Source of the DNA: a phage
DNA: 64,000 nt
Strand: one strand, 5' to 3'
Assembly (NCBI GenBank): GCA_014161675.1
Contig: GCA_014161675.1_4760.1
Made by a program: the position numbers and the translations under genes. The notes beneath the pieces were generated by a model. It ran no database searches, was not told the DNA's origin, and was given only the letters and a program-made list of their open reading frames with translations. Of the stretch, positions 1 to 11,700 are shown in pieces (the first letter of the stretch is position 1; each line of letters opens with the position of its first letter).

Positions 1-237
1 ACCGGATTGAGTTTCAAACACTTTAAGATGGCATAGAGAGCCTAAAAACTTTTCACCCTCTTCTGGTATAAACGGAACATAGACACGAGAATATAAGATA
101 GTGCTATGCAGTTTATCACGAGGAACGGCATTAGGCAGATCGTAGAACTCCTGCAATTTTTCAATGCGGTCTAGTGTATCCTCAGTGAATTTAACCGCCG
201 CATATGTACCTTTAACGGATTCTCTAAACGGGGTCAT
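1..237 (-). CDS. Partial CDS (N-terminal part; gene continues beyond window start): 2H-phosphoesterase-like protein in the position of T4 57B
   Basis: Open frame runs off the left edge; ATG at 235-237 preceded by GGAGG; N-terminus contains an HSTIL (H-x-T/S) motif typical of LigT/2H phosphoesterases. Confidence 0.45.
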   Translation of the reverse strand, partial: MTPFRESVKGTYAAVKFTEDTLDRIEKLQEFYDLPNAVPRDKLHSTILYSRVYVPFIPEEGEKFLGSLCHLKVFETQSG

Positions 238-239
238 AA

Positions 240-497
240 TCAAGCCTCCGTGATCAGTTCTACTTCCTCTTCTGCGGCTTCGTCTTTAGGGAGAAGTGCT
301 TTCACTTCTTCGACAATAGCATCAAGGGAAACAGTGCCGTTTTCGTCTGGCTGAATACCCAGAATGCGTACCAGTTCCATCAATACACGCTCACGATCTT
401 TCAGTTGACCTTCTAAGAATGCGGCCTTTTCTTGAGTGTCAAACAGACGTACTTTCAGGACATTAATCATTTGTTCATGCTGATTGGACATATTCAC
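240..497 (-). CDS. 57A: Small acidic coiled-coil protein, positional equivalent of T4 gp57A (tail-fibre assembly chaperone)
   Basis: 85 aa ORF immediately downstream of gene 1 on the same strand, as in T4; size and charge pattern fit. Confidence 0.5.
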   Translation of the reverse strand: MNMSNQHEQMINVLKVRLFDTQEKAAFLEGQLKDRERVLMELVRILGIQPDENGTVSLDAIVEEVKALLPKDEAAEEEVELITEA

Positions 498-523
498 ATC
501 TCCTACTTGTTGATAACTTTTTA

Positions 524-1180
524 TTAAATGTTCGCGAGAATCGCGCTTTCAAATTCTTCTAATGTACCATTATTTATGATAATGGTTTCACCGTCAATAG
601 GCAAAATTCCTTTTTCGGTGGAGTGAGTCGATACAATACCAGTATCACGCTGAATATGCAACACCTTAGCACCCATAGCACGCATGAGAGCAATTTCAAT
701 AGGCTGACGCACATCAACCACTACAAAATACCCTTCTTCATTTTTGCGCTTCATAAACTCATCCACAAAGAGATTACACCAATAAAGCGGATTGATCAAG
801 TTAACCATTATATCAGTACCGAGAGTGGTTAACATGAGACGAATAGACCAGACGTTATTATGTTTTTCGCCGATCTCATTAACGACCTTGTAAATCTCAG
901 CCAGACGATCACAAGTAAAGGAACTACCGCCATACTTCGAATCTAGCATAAGCAGACACTGAATAAACCACTTATGCGCGGTATAGGTATCAATACCTAG
1001 ATCGGCTTCTCTGTCACGCCCTAACCCGTCAAAGTCAAGATAAGTCAGACCTAAGTCTGGTTGACATTCGCATAAGATTTCTTTGATCGGTGCTGCCAGT
1101 TGATAACTATGCCCATCAATTATTAACGCGGCAGTGTCTTTTCCTACTCGCTTTTTACCACAAAGTGCAATCAATTTCAT
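524..1180 (-). CDS. 1: Deoxynucleoside monophosphate kinase (gp1)
   Basis: N-terminus MKLIALCGKKRVGKDT (P-loop GxxxxGKD/T) closely resembles T4 gp1 MKLIFLSGVKRSGKDT; position next to gene 3. Confidence 0.85.
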   Translation of the reverse strand: MKLIALCGKKRVGKDTAALIIDGHSYQLAAPIKEILCECQPDLGLTYLDFDGLGRDREADLGIDTYTAHKWFIQCLLMLDSKYGGSSFTCDRLAEIYKVVNEIGEKHNNVWSIRLMLTTLGTDIMVNLINPLYWCNLFVDEFMKRKNEEGYFVVVDVRQPIEIALMRAMGAKVLHIQRDTGIVSTHSTEKGILPIDGETIIINNGTLEEFESAILANI

Positions 1181-1195
1181 TATATAAGCCTCTTA

Positions 1196-1786
1196 TTACT
1201 TTCTAAAAGCAGGGTGCATAGCTTTAATACCTTCCACCCGCTGACGATCCGCCGCCTGAATTGCTGGGCGAGGAACGATCAGTTGACCATCACGTTCAAT
1301 GCTCATTGTTTTAAAGGGAAGAATTGCAGTACACACCAGAGATTCATGCATATCATCGGTGTATGTTAACTCAAGTTCCCCCAATTGTGAACACCAACAA
1401 CCATAAAAGTTAAAAGTGCACACAATGTTACGTCGTTCGTTGTCCATCATGTGAACTTGAACGGCTTCCGGCATTGAATCCTTCCACGCAGTGGAGTTAC
1501 CGTTATTGTAGTCTACTATAGAAAGCATCCATGTGTAAAGGTTTAGATAGCTTTCCAAATGCTCATCGACAATAAACCGGACTACCAACGGGTCAAACTC
1601 CACATGACTAGACGGATAATCAGCGACCGCCAAACCATATTGACCAGCAACTTGCTTAGTAGGTGGAATGGTTATAGCAGGAAGTGTAACACCTTGAGCA
1701 TTTAAAGTAAAGCCTTTTGTTAGTTGTCCATCTGGAATATTGATCTGCCAGTTGCTAGGGTTAGCATAGTTAAAGAGATTAGACAT
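1196..1786 (-). CDS. 3: Tail completion / sheath stabilizer protein (gp3)
   Basis: 196 aa ORF between gene 1 and gene 2 as in T4; GAGGA RBS upstream. Confidence 0.7.
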   Translation of the reverse strand: MSNLFNYANPSNWQINIPDGQLTKGFTLNAQGVTLPAITIPPTKQVAGQYGLAVADYPSSHVEFDPLVVRFIVDEHLESYLNLYTWMLSIVDYNNGNSTAWKDSMPEAVQVHMMDNERRNIVCTFNFYGCWCSQLGELELTYTDDMHESLVCTAILPFKTMSIERDGQLIVPRPAIQAADRQRVEGIKAMHPAFRK

Positions 1787-1863
1787 TACTGATTCCTCAA
1801 ATGAAAATATTTATTAACAATTGTCGCTTTGCGACGTGCCGTAGGCACTGACTACTTTTTAAC

Positions 1864-1905
1864 CGAAACAAATTTTTATTATTCTAAAGATCTTTCTTCG
1901 TTTTG
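1864..1905. repeat. Intergenic repeat copy A (between gene 3 and ORF 1976)
   Basis: CGAAACAAATTTTTATTATTCTAAAGATCTTTCTTCGTTTTG; contains the palindrome AAAGATCTTT. Confidence 0.6.
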
Positions 1906-1975
1906 GTTATGTTTTAACCAATAACTATATTTTTATACAGTAATAAATAAAACGGGTACTATACGAGGACTTCTT

Positions 1976-2230
1976 ATGACAGAAGACATTTTGTTAAAAC
2001 TCTATGATCGTCTGGATAACGAATTGGCAACATTGCGGGGTGAAGTTCTCTATTTGTCTAAATGCAATACAGATCTGCTTAAGCAGATTGCAGAAAGGGA
2101 TGATCAAATAAAATCCCTTTCAGGTGCATTACGTGATCGCGACAAGGCATTAGAGATTTTACAGCGTGTTACCAATAAGGAAGAATTAAAAGACTTCTTA
2201 CATGGTTATGCTCATGCTATCGATCTATAA
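1976..2230 (+). CDS. Hypothetical small coiled-coil protein (no T4 counterpart at this position)
   Basis: 84 aa ORF on the strand opposite flanking genes 3 and 2; GAGGA RBS 7 nt upstream of ATG; heptad-like leucine pattern. Confidence 0.5.
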   Translation: MTEDILLKLYDRLDNELATLRGEVLYLSKCNTDLLKQIAERDDQIKSLSGALRDRDKALEILQRVTNKEELKDFLHGYAHAIDL

Positions 2231-2235
2231 TAAAA

Positions 2236-2254
2236 AGCCCGTCAATGACGGGCT
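2236..2254. terminator. Bidirectional stem-loop terminator between ORF 1976..2230 and gene 2
   Basis: AGCCCGT-caatg-ACGGGCT hairpin; A-run upstream gives a U-run on the minus transcript. Confidence 0.6.
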
Positions 2255-2259
2255 TAATG

Positions 2260-3081
2260 TTATGCATCCTTCCAAACTTTCCTTGCGTCGTATTTCTTGC
2301 CTTTTGACATAAACTGATATGTAGGCATATAGATAATATTGCTCCAGTCTTTCGGGCTAATCTCAACAAGTTTTGTTTTAATGTGTCCCGGTAGATATGC
2401 TTTGATCATGTGATCACTTCCACGCATACCTTTTACATCGCTCCATTTGATTTTTAAGCGTGTTTTATTGCTCAATGTAGGAGTAGATGCATATTGCTTT
2501 AAAAGTGCTTCCAGAAACTGCTGACGGGCTTTAGGCGTTACATAGTGTAAGTTAAGACCCAACATTACAGTATTACCCGCCTTTGTCTTAGAATCACCCA
2601 GACAAATGATCAGCGGGAAAACATCCCAATATGGCAAAGTGTCTTTATACTTCGCATCATACATAAATGTATAGATTCGCCCTACTTGCGGTTTTACAAT
2701 CTGGTGTCCCTTTATTCCCGCTTTTATTGTTTTAGTAAACCACTCCTGTGATTTTTCTTTAGGACGACTCTTTGATACAGCACGCATAGACGCACGAAAA
2801 TCATTAATCATCATCATTGCGCGTTGCTGCTTATTGAGACCCTTTGCACTTTTCCCTTTTAGTTTTTCAACTTCTATTGCTGTTTTAATTTCGCTGGCAT
2901 AACGAGACATACTTTTAGTGAAAGTCGCATAGGCTATTCCCTTAGAATCTGCAAATGCTTTAGCTGTCATTCCTTTGGCTTTTGCTTTCGCAAATTCTAC
3001 ACCCAATTCGACCCACTGTTTAGACTTTCGTTTTTGGGGAGACGGCTTTTCGTCTTCGGTGATTATTTCAAATACGCTCAT
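2260..3081 (-). CDS. 2: DNA end protector protein (gp2)
   Basis: 273 aa, same size and position as T4 gp2 (3-2-4 order); basic N-terminal region. Confidence 0.8.
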   Translation of the reverse strand: MSVFEIITEDEKPSPQKRKSKQWVELGVEFAKAKAKGMTAKAFADSKGIAYATFTKSMSRYASEIKTAIEVEKLKGKSAKGLNKQQRAMMMINDFRASMRAVSKSRPKEKSQEWFTKTIKAGIKGHQIVKPQVGRIYTFMYDAKYKDTLPYWDVFPLIICLGDSKTKAGNTVMLGLNLHYVTPKARQQFLEALLKQYASTPTLSNKTRLKIKWSDVKGMRGSDHMIKAYLPGHIKTKLVEISPKDWSNIIYMPTYQFMSKGKKYDARKVWKDA

Positions 3082-3092
3082 AATATTATCCT

Positions 3093-3566
3093 CTATTTGT
3101 TAAGCCCTTTAAAGCCAAACACTTTCTTTAATGCATGTTCGGTTATGATCTTAAACTCCATGTTATGCTTTTGGCATAATTTCACGGCAGCTAACCATTT
3201 TTCAGTATTTTTTGTGTACGTCCATACTTCATGCATATATCGTTGCTTTGTCTTCGCGGTCATTCTTTTTGGCTTTTCCGGTGGCCTTGTCTCTTTAGCT
3301 GGTTTAACTTCCCATAAATGCTCCTTGCCATCATCAAACTTAACGTAAAAATCCATAAAGTATCTGTGTCTTTTCCCGTCTGTTGATGACTCATAAGGAA
3401 TTACTACGGTCTCAGATCCCCATTTTGCAACTCTAGGATTGCGGTCTAGCCACTGCATGATCCATCTTTCCCAGCTTGAACGGTATGTGATCTTACGTAT
3501 ATCCCCTTTATACTTTTCCTTATTCTCAGGAACATACTTGCCCTTATAAGTGTTAGATCCTCCCAT
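3093..3566 (-). CDS. 4: Head completion protein (gp4)
   Basis: 157 aa ORF between gene 2 and divergently transcribed gene 53 as in T4. Confidence 0.8.
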   Translation of the reverse strand: MGGSNTYKGKYVPENKEKYKGDIRKITYRSSWERWIMQWLDRNPRVAKWGSETVVIPYESSTDGKRHRYFMDFYVKFDDGKEHLWEVKPAKETRPPEKPKRMTAKTKQRYMHEVWTYTKNTEKWLAAVKLCQKHNMEFKIITEHALKKVFGFKGLNK

Positions 3567-3581
3567 TTTAGCACCCTTTAT

Positions 3582-3589
3582 TATAAATA
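3582..3589 (+). promoter_or_regulatory. T4-type late promoter (TATAAATA) for gene 53 / gene 5 operon
   Basis: Exact TATAAATA ~30 nt upstream of gene 53 ATG, embedded in an inverted repeat (AGCACCCT...AGGGTGCT). Confidence 0.6.
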
Positions 3590-3621
3590 CATAATACTAT
3601 TTATCAATTGAGGGTGCTAAA

Positions 3622-4176
3622 ATGCTCTTTTCTTTCTTCCCTGCCATTGAATACAACGGCAAGATGATTACTGACATTGTGCGCAATTACCGCGCATATT
3701 TCAACGCAATAATTTCCGATTATAACATACAAACATATTACATTCAAGGTAGTCCACGACCGGAACAAGTTGCATATGAAGTATACGGAAACCAACAACT
3801 TTATTGGATCTTGCTGATGCTTAATGACGTATACGATCCGTTCCATGACTGGATCACCGATCAAGAGACAGCATATGAATCAGCCGAACAACGATATGCA
3901 AACGTAGGAGGAAATCAAGTATTATACCACGTTGATATTGACGGAAACAAGTATTGGAATCTTACCGAATATCCGAAAGGATCAAGCAATTGGTATGATA
4001 AAGGGGATATTCATCATCGTCATTTGCAGTTTCAAGGTGCACTATCGGCAGTAGACACACTGGAAGATGCGATCCTCCGCAATGAGGAACGACGCAAGAT
4101 CAAGATCATAGATCCTACACAAATTAAACAATTTATTAACGCATTCATTCGAGAAATGGAAAAGGCTGATGTGTAA
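3622..4176 (+). CDS. 53: Baseplate wedge protein gp53
   Basis: Strong similarity to T4 gp53 (MLF(S/T)FF..IEY..., YYI(Q/K)GSPRPE, QLYW(I/V)LLM.ND.YDP motifs). Confidence 0.9.
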   Translation: MLFSFFPAIEYNGKMITDIVRNYRAYFNAIISDYNIQTYYIQGSPRPEQVAYEVYGNQQLYWILLMLNDVYDPFHDWITDQETAYESAEQRYANVGGNQVLYHVDIDGNKYWNLTEYPKGSSNWYDKGDIHHRHLQFQGALSAVDTLEDAILRNEERRKIKIIDPTQIKQFINAFIREMEKADV

Positions 4177-4187
4177 GGTGATTAATT

Positions 4188-5987
4188 ATGCTAATGTTTA
4201 ATAACTCCGTTAAATGGTTTACCGGAATTGTAGAAAACAGGGAAGACCCATTAATGCTGGGGCGTGTTCAGGTTAGGATTCATGGTATACATCCCTCGCT
4301 ATCCGCGCACGGTGACATTCAAGGTCTTCCAACCGAAGATCTATTATGGATTACGCCAGTACAAGATATTACAAGCGCGGCGATCTCCGGTATCGGTCAA
4401 AGCCCTACTGGTATTGTTGAAGGTTCAATGGTATTTGGTTTGGCTTTAGATGAACGTTATTTAAACTGCGTTATTCTTGGTACTATTGCCGGACAATATA
4501 CAGAGAAACCACTCACTACAGAGGGTTTTTGTGACCCTTCTGGTGCATATCCTCGTTATATTGGTAATGATGTTAATATTCTTGCTCGTGGCGGTATTAA
4601 CCCAGAAACCGGACAAACAACAAAACCTGATAGTGTCTATATTCGAGATGAAAACACTGGAGTTGCAGTAAATCCAGACGACGAGCCATTAGACCAAATT
4701 CCGGTTGATGATAATCCTGATTTTACAATAGAAAAAATGCTGCGGGGCGATGAGGGATATCGCGAGAAATGGTATCTTGATTCAGAAGGATATCCGACAA
4801 TAGGCATCGGGCATTTGATCATTTATAAGAAAACCAGTGATCTTGGTATTATCAATAATGAACTTTCTAAGCTGGTAGGGCGTGAAGTTACAAACGGAAG
4901 ACTTACCGCCGAAGAAGTTAGTAAAGTATTTGCTGACGATATAGAAAAGACTCGTCGTGATATGCGCAAACATCCACGAATTGCACCTGTCTATAATAAA
5001 TGTAATGCCTCACGTCGTATGGCATTAGAAAATATGGCGTTTCAAATGGGTGTTGGTGGATTGGGTAAATTTAAGAATAGTCTTGCTGCGATGTTAGCGG
5101 AAGAATGGAAACAAGCCTATGATGGATTACGTCAATCGGTATGGGCTAACCAAACTCCAGGACGCTCCAGCCGTGTTTCTAAAATTATTTTAACTGGTAA
5201 CTTAGAATCATATGGCGTAATTGCTCCAAAGAAAGAGGAATCAATTTCTGATGATCCGCGAGCACGTTTAAGAAATGCCCGTATTGCGGCCTATAAGACG
5301 CAGAGAGCAGAAGAAGACCCAGAAGCACCGTTTACCCCACAAGACACACGAATCATGTTTAAAGAGCCTAAGAGTTCGTATTCTGCAAGGTATCCTTATA
5401 ACCATGTGTACGAGTCAGAGAGCGGTCATATTATCGAGATTGATGATACTCCTTCTCATGAGCGATATCATCGTAAACATCCTTCTGGTACATTTGAAGA
5501 AACCAGACCGGACGGAACGAGGGTAGAAAAGATTGAAGGCGATGATTATCTGATCGTTAAACAAGGCCGGAAAGTAAACGTTAAGGGTAATTTGCAAGTT
5601 GTTGTTGAAGGTGACGCGCAAGTTTATTATATGGGTAATGTGATGCAAACCGTTGATGGTAACGTCACGGAATTTATTCGTGGTAATGTTAATCAGACCG
5701 TTGAGGGTACAGCTAATATGCATGTTGTAGGTGATGTTACCGCTCAGCTTGACGCTAATTTAACGGCTAACGTCAAGGGTAATGCTGAATTAATGATCGA
5801 GGGTAACACTACCGAAACAATTAAAGGTAACTATGATTTAACCGTTGAGGGTAATTTTAATATGACCGTCAATGGCACGAAATCAGATCAGGTTAATGGT
5901 GACTGGTCCCGTAATTGTGGTGCAAGCGTTAAAGATATTGCATCTGGTACAGTTAAAATTGATGGTAGCCGTATTGATCTTGGGTGA
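4188..5987 (+). CDS. 5: Baseplate hub / cell-puncturing spike with lysozyme domain (gp5)
   Basis: Internal T4-lysozyme-like segment (EGYPTIGIGHLI) and C-terminal VxGxxxxx octapeptide beta-helix repeats. Confidence 0.9.
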   Translation: MLMFNNSVKWFTGIVENREDPLMLGRVQVRIHGIHPSLSAHGDIQGLPTEDLLWITPVQDITSAAISGIGQSPTGIVEGSMVFGLALDERYLNCVILGTIAGQYTEKPLTTEGFCDPSGAYPRYIGNDVNILARGGINPETGQTTKPDSVYIRDENTGVAVNPDDEPLDQIPVDDNPDFTIEKMLRGDEGYREKWYLDSEGYPTIGIGHLIIYKKTSDLGIINNELSKLVGREVTNGRLTAEEVSKVFADDIEKTRRDMRKHPRIAPVYNKCNASRRMALENMAFQMGVGGLGKFKNSLAAMLAEEWKQAYDGLRQSVWANQTPGRSSRVSKIILTGNLESYGVIAPKKEESISDDPRARLRNARIAAYKTQRAEEDPEAPFTPQDTRIMFKEPKSSYSARYPYNHVYESESGHIIEIDDTPSHERYHRKHPSGTFEETRPDGTRVEKIEGDDYLIVKQGRKVNVKGNLQVVVEGDAQVYYMGNVMQTVDGNVTEFIRGNVNQTVEGTANMHVVGDVTAQLDANLTANVKGNAELMIEGNTTETIKGNYDLTVEGNFNMTVNGTKSDQVNGDWSRNCGASVKDIASGTVKIDGSRIDLG

Positions 5988-5995
5988 GGTAACTA

Positions 5996-6562
5996 ATGGT
6001 TGAAATTCTTCCGATGAGTTCAAAATTGGAGGATATCAGCGAGCGAGAAATCTTTGAGGTGGTGTTCTCTTATAAAGCAACGCCACCGGATGCAAATACC
6101 ACATACACGATTAAAGAGTTTAAGATCAGCGAGTATCGCCCTAATAAGGGCGTTACCGTTGAAGAAACTAAAATATCTGGTGAGTATCGGGATAGTTTTT
6201 CGCTTGGCGCGGATTCTCTTAAATATATAACGAAAGATCGAATTAAAAAATCTGCCGGAAGTTTTGATGATTTACCAGATCCAACTACCGCAGATCTATA
6301 TTATTTTAACGCTCCTACACGTCTACAGGAGGTTTATACTTATAAAGTAACCCTAACCTATATCCAATCTGTTTCAGAGTCTTCTGGTGGTTCTGGTGAA
6401 GGAAATATTGGTGGTTCCAATAGCCGAGAGGGTGCTGGTGAAACTAATCCGCCTCCGGTAGTAACCGAGCACACAATAGAGAAAGTTTATACTCAAACCG
6501 TTTTTGGAAATTGGGATGTGTGGAGTAAACAGTTAAGAGATTATGTACATAGGGGTGTTTAA
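5996..6562 (+). CDS. 5.1: Hypothetical protein in gp5.1 position
   Basis: 188 aa ORF between gene 5 and the PAAR gene as in T4. Confidence 0.55.
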   Translation: MVEILPMSSKLEDISEREIFEVVFSYKATPPDANTTYTIKEFKISEYRPNKGVTVEETKISGEYRDSFSLGADSLKYITKDRIKKSAGSFDDLPDPTTADLYYFNAPTRLQEVYTYKVTLTYIQSVSESSGGSGEGNIGGSNSREGAGETNPPPVVTEHTIEKVYTQTVFGNWDVWSKQLRDYVHRGV

Positions 6563-6855
6563 TGGCTGGATTATCCTACGATAAAGCTAAAACTACAGGG
6601 CACGGAAACTACCCACCTACGGTAATTAATGCAACTCAATCTAAGGTATTTGTTGAGGGTATCCCTGTATTAGTCGAAGGAGACCCAATTACACCACATA
6701 CAAAAACAACAAAGCCTTATGATACACACGGGGGAACTACGGTCGCCAGTACCCCGAAAGTATTTGTTACCGGAAAGAAAGCAATTCAAATGGCAGATCG
6801 TATTAGCTGTGGCGATACCGTCGCTATGGCATCACCGAAGGTATTCATAAAATGA
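6562..6855 (+). CDS. 5.4: PAAR-repeat spike tip protein (gp5.4)
   Basis: 97 aa, same size as T4 gp5.4, with repeated PKVF(V/I) motifs and conserved His/Cys. Confidence 0.8.
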   Translation: MAGLSYDKAKTTGHGNYPPTVINATQSKVFVEGIPVLVEGDPITPHTKTTKPYDTHGGTTVASTPKVFVTGKKAIQMADRISCGDTVAMASPKVFIK

Positions 6856-8756
6856 CAAAGCAAAAGATTACACAAATTCCTGATATTTTTAATGCTGCTA
6901 CATTCGATGAAATTAAAAGCGCATTAACAGACTGGATGAGAAACCAGGAAGAATTTAAAGATTTTGATTTTAATGGTGCTGGTATTAACGTATTGATGGA
7001 CTTGCTCGCATATAACACTCTGTATATTCAGCAATTCGCTAACGCCGCGCTATATGAATCTTTTATCAGAACGGCAATTAAGCGTAGTTCAGTTGTTCAA
7101 GCCGCGCAAGATTTAGGATATTTGCCAGCAAGTAAAACTAGTGCATCGACTACAATTATGTTGCACGTAACACATCCTCGAAATCCGGCAAGTATTCGAA
7201 TCCCACGAGGAACTAAATTTATTGCAAGTGTGGATCGCCAGACTTCTTACCCGTTTGTGACTACAGAAGACGTTGTGAGCGTTTTAGGTTCAAATGGTTT
7301 ATATACGCCTATGCTTAAAGTCGCACAAGGTCGTATTGTTCGTACAGAAATGTTATTTGATCCGAAGAAACAAATTCTGATCCGCGATCCTGATATTGAC
7401 CGCGCTCAGGTTAAGTTGTGGGTAGATGGTGCTGAATGGAAAGACTGGACGCGAGAAAGTATTGTTAATGCAACTGGCGCTAGTAATATTTTCTATATGC
7501 GTGAAACCGTAGACGGACATACTGAAATTTTCTTTGGTGAGGGTGAATCAACTTTATCTGCCGCTGGCGGTGCACTGGAAGCAAATTATATTGGTGGACT
7601 TAAGCCGTCAACTGGTGCTAATATTGTTATCGAATATATCAGCACTAAAGGCGCGGAAGCAAACGGTTCAGTTAATTTCACATACGCGGATACATTGGCA
7701 TCAATTTCTATTGTTAAAATTATTGAGAATCCGACAAATGATCGTGATTATGTCGGTGCAGATGGTGGTGGTGATCCTGAATCAATCGAACGTATCCGTG
7801 AACTTGCTCCGGTAATGCGTGAATCTCAGCGTCGTTGTGTGACTGCTTCCGACTATGAGGCTTTTGTGTCTAGCCGTTTTGGTAGTATTGTTCAGGCGGT
7901 ACAATGTTTCACCGACCGAGAAAAACCGGGTTATGCTTTTGTTGCTGTTAAGCCTAAATCTGGCTTGCGCTTGACAACCGTTCAAAAAGAAGATATGCGG
8001 GATTATCTGGCAAAATATAACCTTGCCCCTATCACGCCGAGCATCATTGACCCTAACTATCTGTATATTAAACAGAATATTAAAGTTTCCTATTCAATCA
8101 ACGACTTGTCAGAATCAGAGCAGTGGTTGCGCGGTGCGGTTATTGATCAGATTGATGCATATTATACCGACGAAGTGGAAATTTTTAACCAGACATTTAG
8201 TAAGTCTAAAATGCTTGCTCGTATTGACAAAGCTGATGTATCTGTGATAGGTTCTAGTGCAGAAATCGAGATGGTGCGAGAGATCGACAACTTCTATAAA
8301 GCACCGATGGCGGGAATCAAGTTTTTAAACCAGTATAAGAGCGGAATCAAGTCTAGTTCATTCAACTTCGAAAAGGACGACAAGCAATATCCGATCCATT
8401 ATGTAAGTACAGAAATGAACAAAGAATCCGGTTTAGCTAAATTGCTGGTTGGACCTTTCCCTGTTGATTCTACAATCGCTTTACCGCACTATTCCGGCAC
8501 TGATTTTGATAAAGAGGTTATTGACGGGGCGGACCTATACTTTGAGGTTGGAGAGGTTCAGCATTATGACGACCTTATTTCATGGGATCTGGGTAAACTG
8601 AATATCAATAGCGATCGCTTTACTGGTTCATATATTGAGTTGACAGCTAAACCGATTGCTGATAACATCTTTACTAAAGACGGTTCTTTGATCGTGTTTG
8701 AAAACGATCTCCGTCCTCAGTACACAACTATTAGTCTGGAGGCAATTGCTCAATGA
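6852..8756 (+). CDS. 6: Baseplate wedge protein gp6
   Basis: 634 aa ORF in conserved position, start overlaps 5.4 stop. Confidence 0.85.
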   Translation: MTKQKITQIPDIFNAATFDEIKSALTDWMRNQEEFKDFDFNGAGINVLMDLLAYNTLYIQQFANAALYESFIRTAIKRSSVVQAAQDLGYLPASKTSASTTIMLHVTHPRNPASIRIPRGTKFIASVDRQTSYPFVTTEDVVSVLGSNGLYTPMLKVAQGRIVRTEMLFDPKKQILIRDPDIDRAQVKLWVDGAEWKDWTRESIVNATGASNIFYMRETVDGHTEIFFGEGESTLSAAGGALEANYIGGLKPSTGANIVIEYISTKGAEANGSVNFTYADTLASISIVKIIENPTNDRDYVGADGGGDPESIERIRELAPVMRESQRRCVTASDYEAFVSSRFGSIVQAVQCFTDREKPGYAFVAVKPKSGLRLTTVQKEDMRDYLAKYNLAPITPSIIDPNYLYIKQNIKVSYSINDLSESEQWLRGAVIDQIDAYYTDEVEIFNQTFSKSKMLARIDKADVSVIGSSAEIEMVREIDNFYKAPMAGIKFLNQYKSGIKSSSFNFEKDDKQYPIHYVSTEMNKESGLAKLLVGPFPVDSTIALPHYSGTDFDKEVIDGADLYFEVGEVQHYDDLISWDLGKLNINSDRFTGSYIELTAKPIADNIFTKDGSLIVFENDLRPQYTTISLEAIAQ

Positions 8757-11700
8757 TTAAAGCGCCTAGTGTAACTAGCTTGACAATAGAAAAATTGTCT
8801 GCTAATCAGGCGTATATCACATGGGATGACGTAGGCGAAAACTTCTTTTATTTTGTGGAGTTAGCCGAAACCAGAACACGAGACGGGGAGATCATCCCCG
8901 TCGATGAGTTAAGCTGGGTAAACCTGGGATATACTGCCGACCAAAACTGGTTTGAGGATAAAAACCTTTTTCCAGAATATTATTACAAGTTTCGTGTAGC
9001 AGTAGCCGCAGAAGGATTTGAACAAAGTAAATGGGTTGAAACAGAAGAGTTTCAGACATTTAAAACAAACGCATATAATTTTTCTATGATGCGAGAGTTC
9101 AACCTTGCAAACGAGTTTATAAAGGAAAAATTTACATACGATAATCGAGAGTATGTCAAGTTTAATACTGACCTGATTCAAGCATCATTAATGAAGGAAG
9201 ATTTTGTCTTTAGTCCTGAATATGCAAACATGACAAATATCTCAAACTACATTGTAGTGGATGAGAACTTTCATGAAATACAGGATCACATAGAAAAAGT
9301 TTGTACTGATATAAACCGCACTATGTTAGCGGAAATGAACGGTGTTTTGTACCTTTTCGAACGGTTCCAGCCGATCGTGAAAGTGTCAAATGATAAAGGC
9401 CAATCATGGAAAGCATACAAGGCTTTTAATGACCGTGTAGGCAATCCGGTTTCCCGTACATGCGTTTATCAGTCTAAAACCACTACTTACGTTTTAGGAT
9501 ATGACCGAATCTTTTACGGACGACAAGCGAGCGATACTCGATGGAGCGCGGACGATGTTCGATTTAGTGATGATACGATCACTTTTGCAAAGGTCGGTGA
9601 CGAAAACGATTTAGGCTTTGACGTTGAGGTCTTTGGTGTATTTTCCAGATTAACAGGTGATACCACAAAATACGCCGAAGCTATGGCGTGTAGTGATGAC
9701 TATTTGTGGGTTGGTGCTAAAGATGTTATTCGCAGGATTCGTCTTAAGAATACTCCTGTTGATACCGTACAGGGTTCGCCTACGTTTGGAGAAAAAATAT
9801 TCGATCCTGATGTTATCCGAGTAACAGGAAATGATAAAGCTGTCATTCAGAAAATGGATGTGATCGACGGTAAATTGCTTGTATTTGTTACGGGTGAAGT
9901 TAAACAGCGTTATCAAGATCCAACTAAACCAGAAAACGTTGTTCCGTCAGATGATGCGGGTGTATACTTAATAGGGAGTGATGGTCTGTCTTTTCAGAGA
10001 GTATTTGGCAACACTCCGCAGGAAAGGGAATATATTCAGCATGGGTTCAGTAATATGTCAACCAATGGTGATGAGGTGTTCATAAGCCATTATAATCATC
10101 ACTTCGAAAGCATTTTACCTGATCCAGAAACTGCCGAGAAATATGAATTGGGCGAAGCTGTAAAATATTCTCAGGAGCCAACTTATCTAACTGATAAGAA
10201 AATACATCAAACTACTTTCAGAGCAAGTTATGATGATTTGCGTATTTGGGAGTTAGGACCGCAAGCGTATTATAACGAGGCTGATTATACATGGATGCGT
10301 CGAAACGGTGTCCGTGTGTGGATCACAAATGATAATCGCCCGTTGGTTGTTTATCCAGAGGTTATCTATACTCAAGAAGTTGATACGTCTGGCATTCTTG
10401 ACCAAAATAGGGTCAACCGAGAAGTTTATGATAAAGGGACCGTGACCTGTTATCTTAACAATGTTAAATTTGAAGGATTCAAACAATATGCATCCGGTGT
10501 AATGTTCCATAAAAACACAGGAGAGATCATAGGATTCTATCAATTTAATTATCGTGTTCGTGATCAGGTTGGTGTATATTGGAAACCTACAAATGTAGCA
10601 TTTGTTGCTGAATTGCAAAATCAGGTTCGAGAGGTTCCCTGGGTTCCGGTTCACTACGATCGAGAGCAAGATCCAGATTTGCGGCCTTTACTGAATAAGA
10701 TGACCCCTGATAGCTTTTTACTTGAGAACGAAAATTTCAGAAAATTCTCTGAATATTATCTGCAATTCTTAAGCGATGGTTCAGGAACATATTATAATAA
10801 ACTAAAAAATCTGATTAAAAACAAATATCCACGCGAGAAAGATGCATATGAGTATCTTTGGTCAGAGATGAACAAACGAAACATCTATGCAGATAAAAAC
10901 AAGCGAGATGCGGTAGTAAGATTCTTTGAATCCCGCAAATCAGATTTTTATTCCACTAAGGGCGTGGAGGCTTCTTATAAGTTCTTGTTTAAGTTACTTT
11001 ATAATGAAGATGTGGAAATTGAGGTTGAATCACAAGCCGGACTAGAGTATGATATTGTTGTTAGTTCAACGAACATTGACGAGGATATCGTAGGTCGCAC
11101 GATTTATACTCCAACCGGACGGGCTAACGTGACGTATCTTGAAAGGGAATATGAAGGTGGTCGCCTACGCTGGCGAGTAACCATTCATAACCTGATCGGG
11201 CGGTTCGAAGAAGGTCAAGTGATCAAATCAGAGAAAACAGCGTTTGAAGGGATGATCCTTGTTGGTGTACGTGGTAAAGAGTTGTTGAGTAGTTCAATCG
11301 ACTATATCAACCGCTCACGAAGCCAATACACCATGAAGATTAAAAGTGCATTGCCAGTTTCGCGCTATGCAAATGATGTAATGCGATTCGTTCATCCTGT
11401 CGGCTTTGGGTTTATCGGTGTTACCCTGCTTACAATGTTCATTAACAGCGGGTTAAGCATGAAGCACACCGAGACTATAATTCAATCTCTGAAAAATTAT
11501 AAGTTTGACAGCGGATTGCCTAGCGTGTATCCTGATCGGGTGGCAGACCTTGACGTTGACGGAAACATTAAGAAAGACCCGCTTACCGGAAAAGCATTAT
11601 ATTTGACTTCACCTTTAATTGGTGAAGAATTTCCGGTTCCTCCTGAATATGATCAGGAGAACAGCGAATTGTTCCACGGACTTAAAGCAAGCGAACGAAG

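Noticed and set aside
623-832. Short ORFs from the six-frame track lying inside or antisense to large conserved genes (for example 623..832, 3034..3348, 4264..4449, 7534..7815, 9650..9916, 13624..13965, 33611..34078, 34394..35386, 53347..53613)
   Set aside because: They overlap well-supported structural genes in other frames or on the opposite strand, lack RBS or promoter signals, and have low-complexity or biased composition typical of shadow ORFs.
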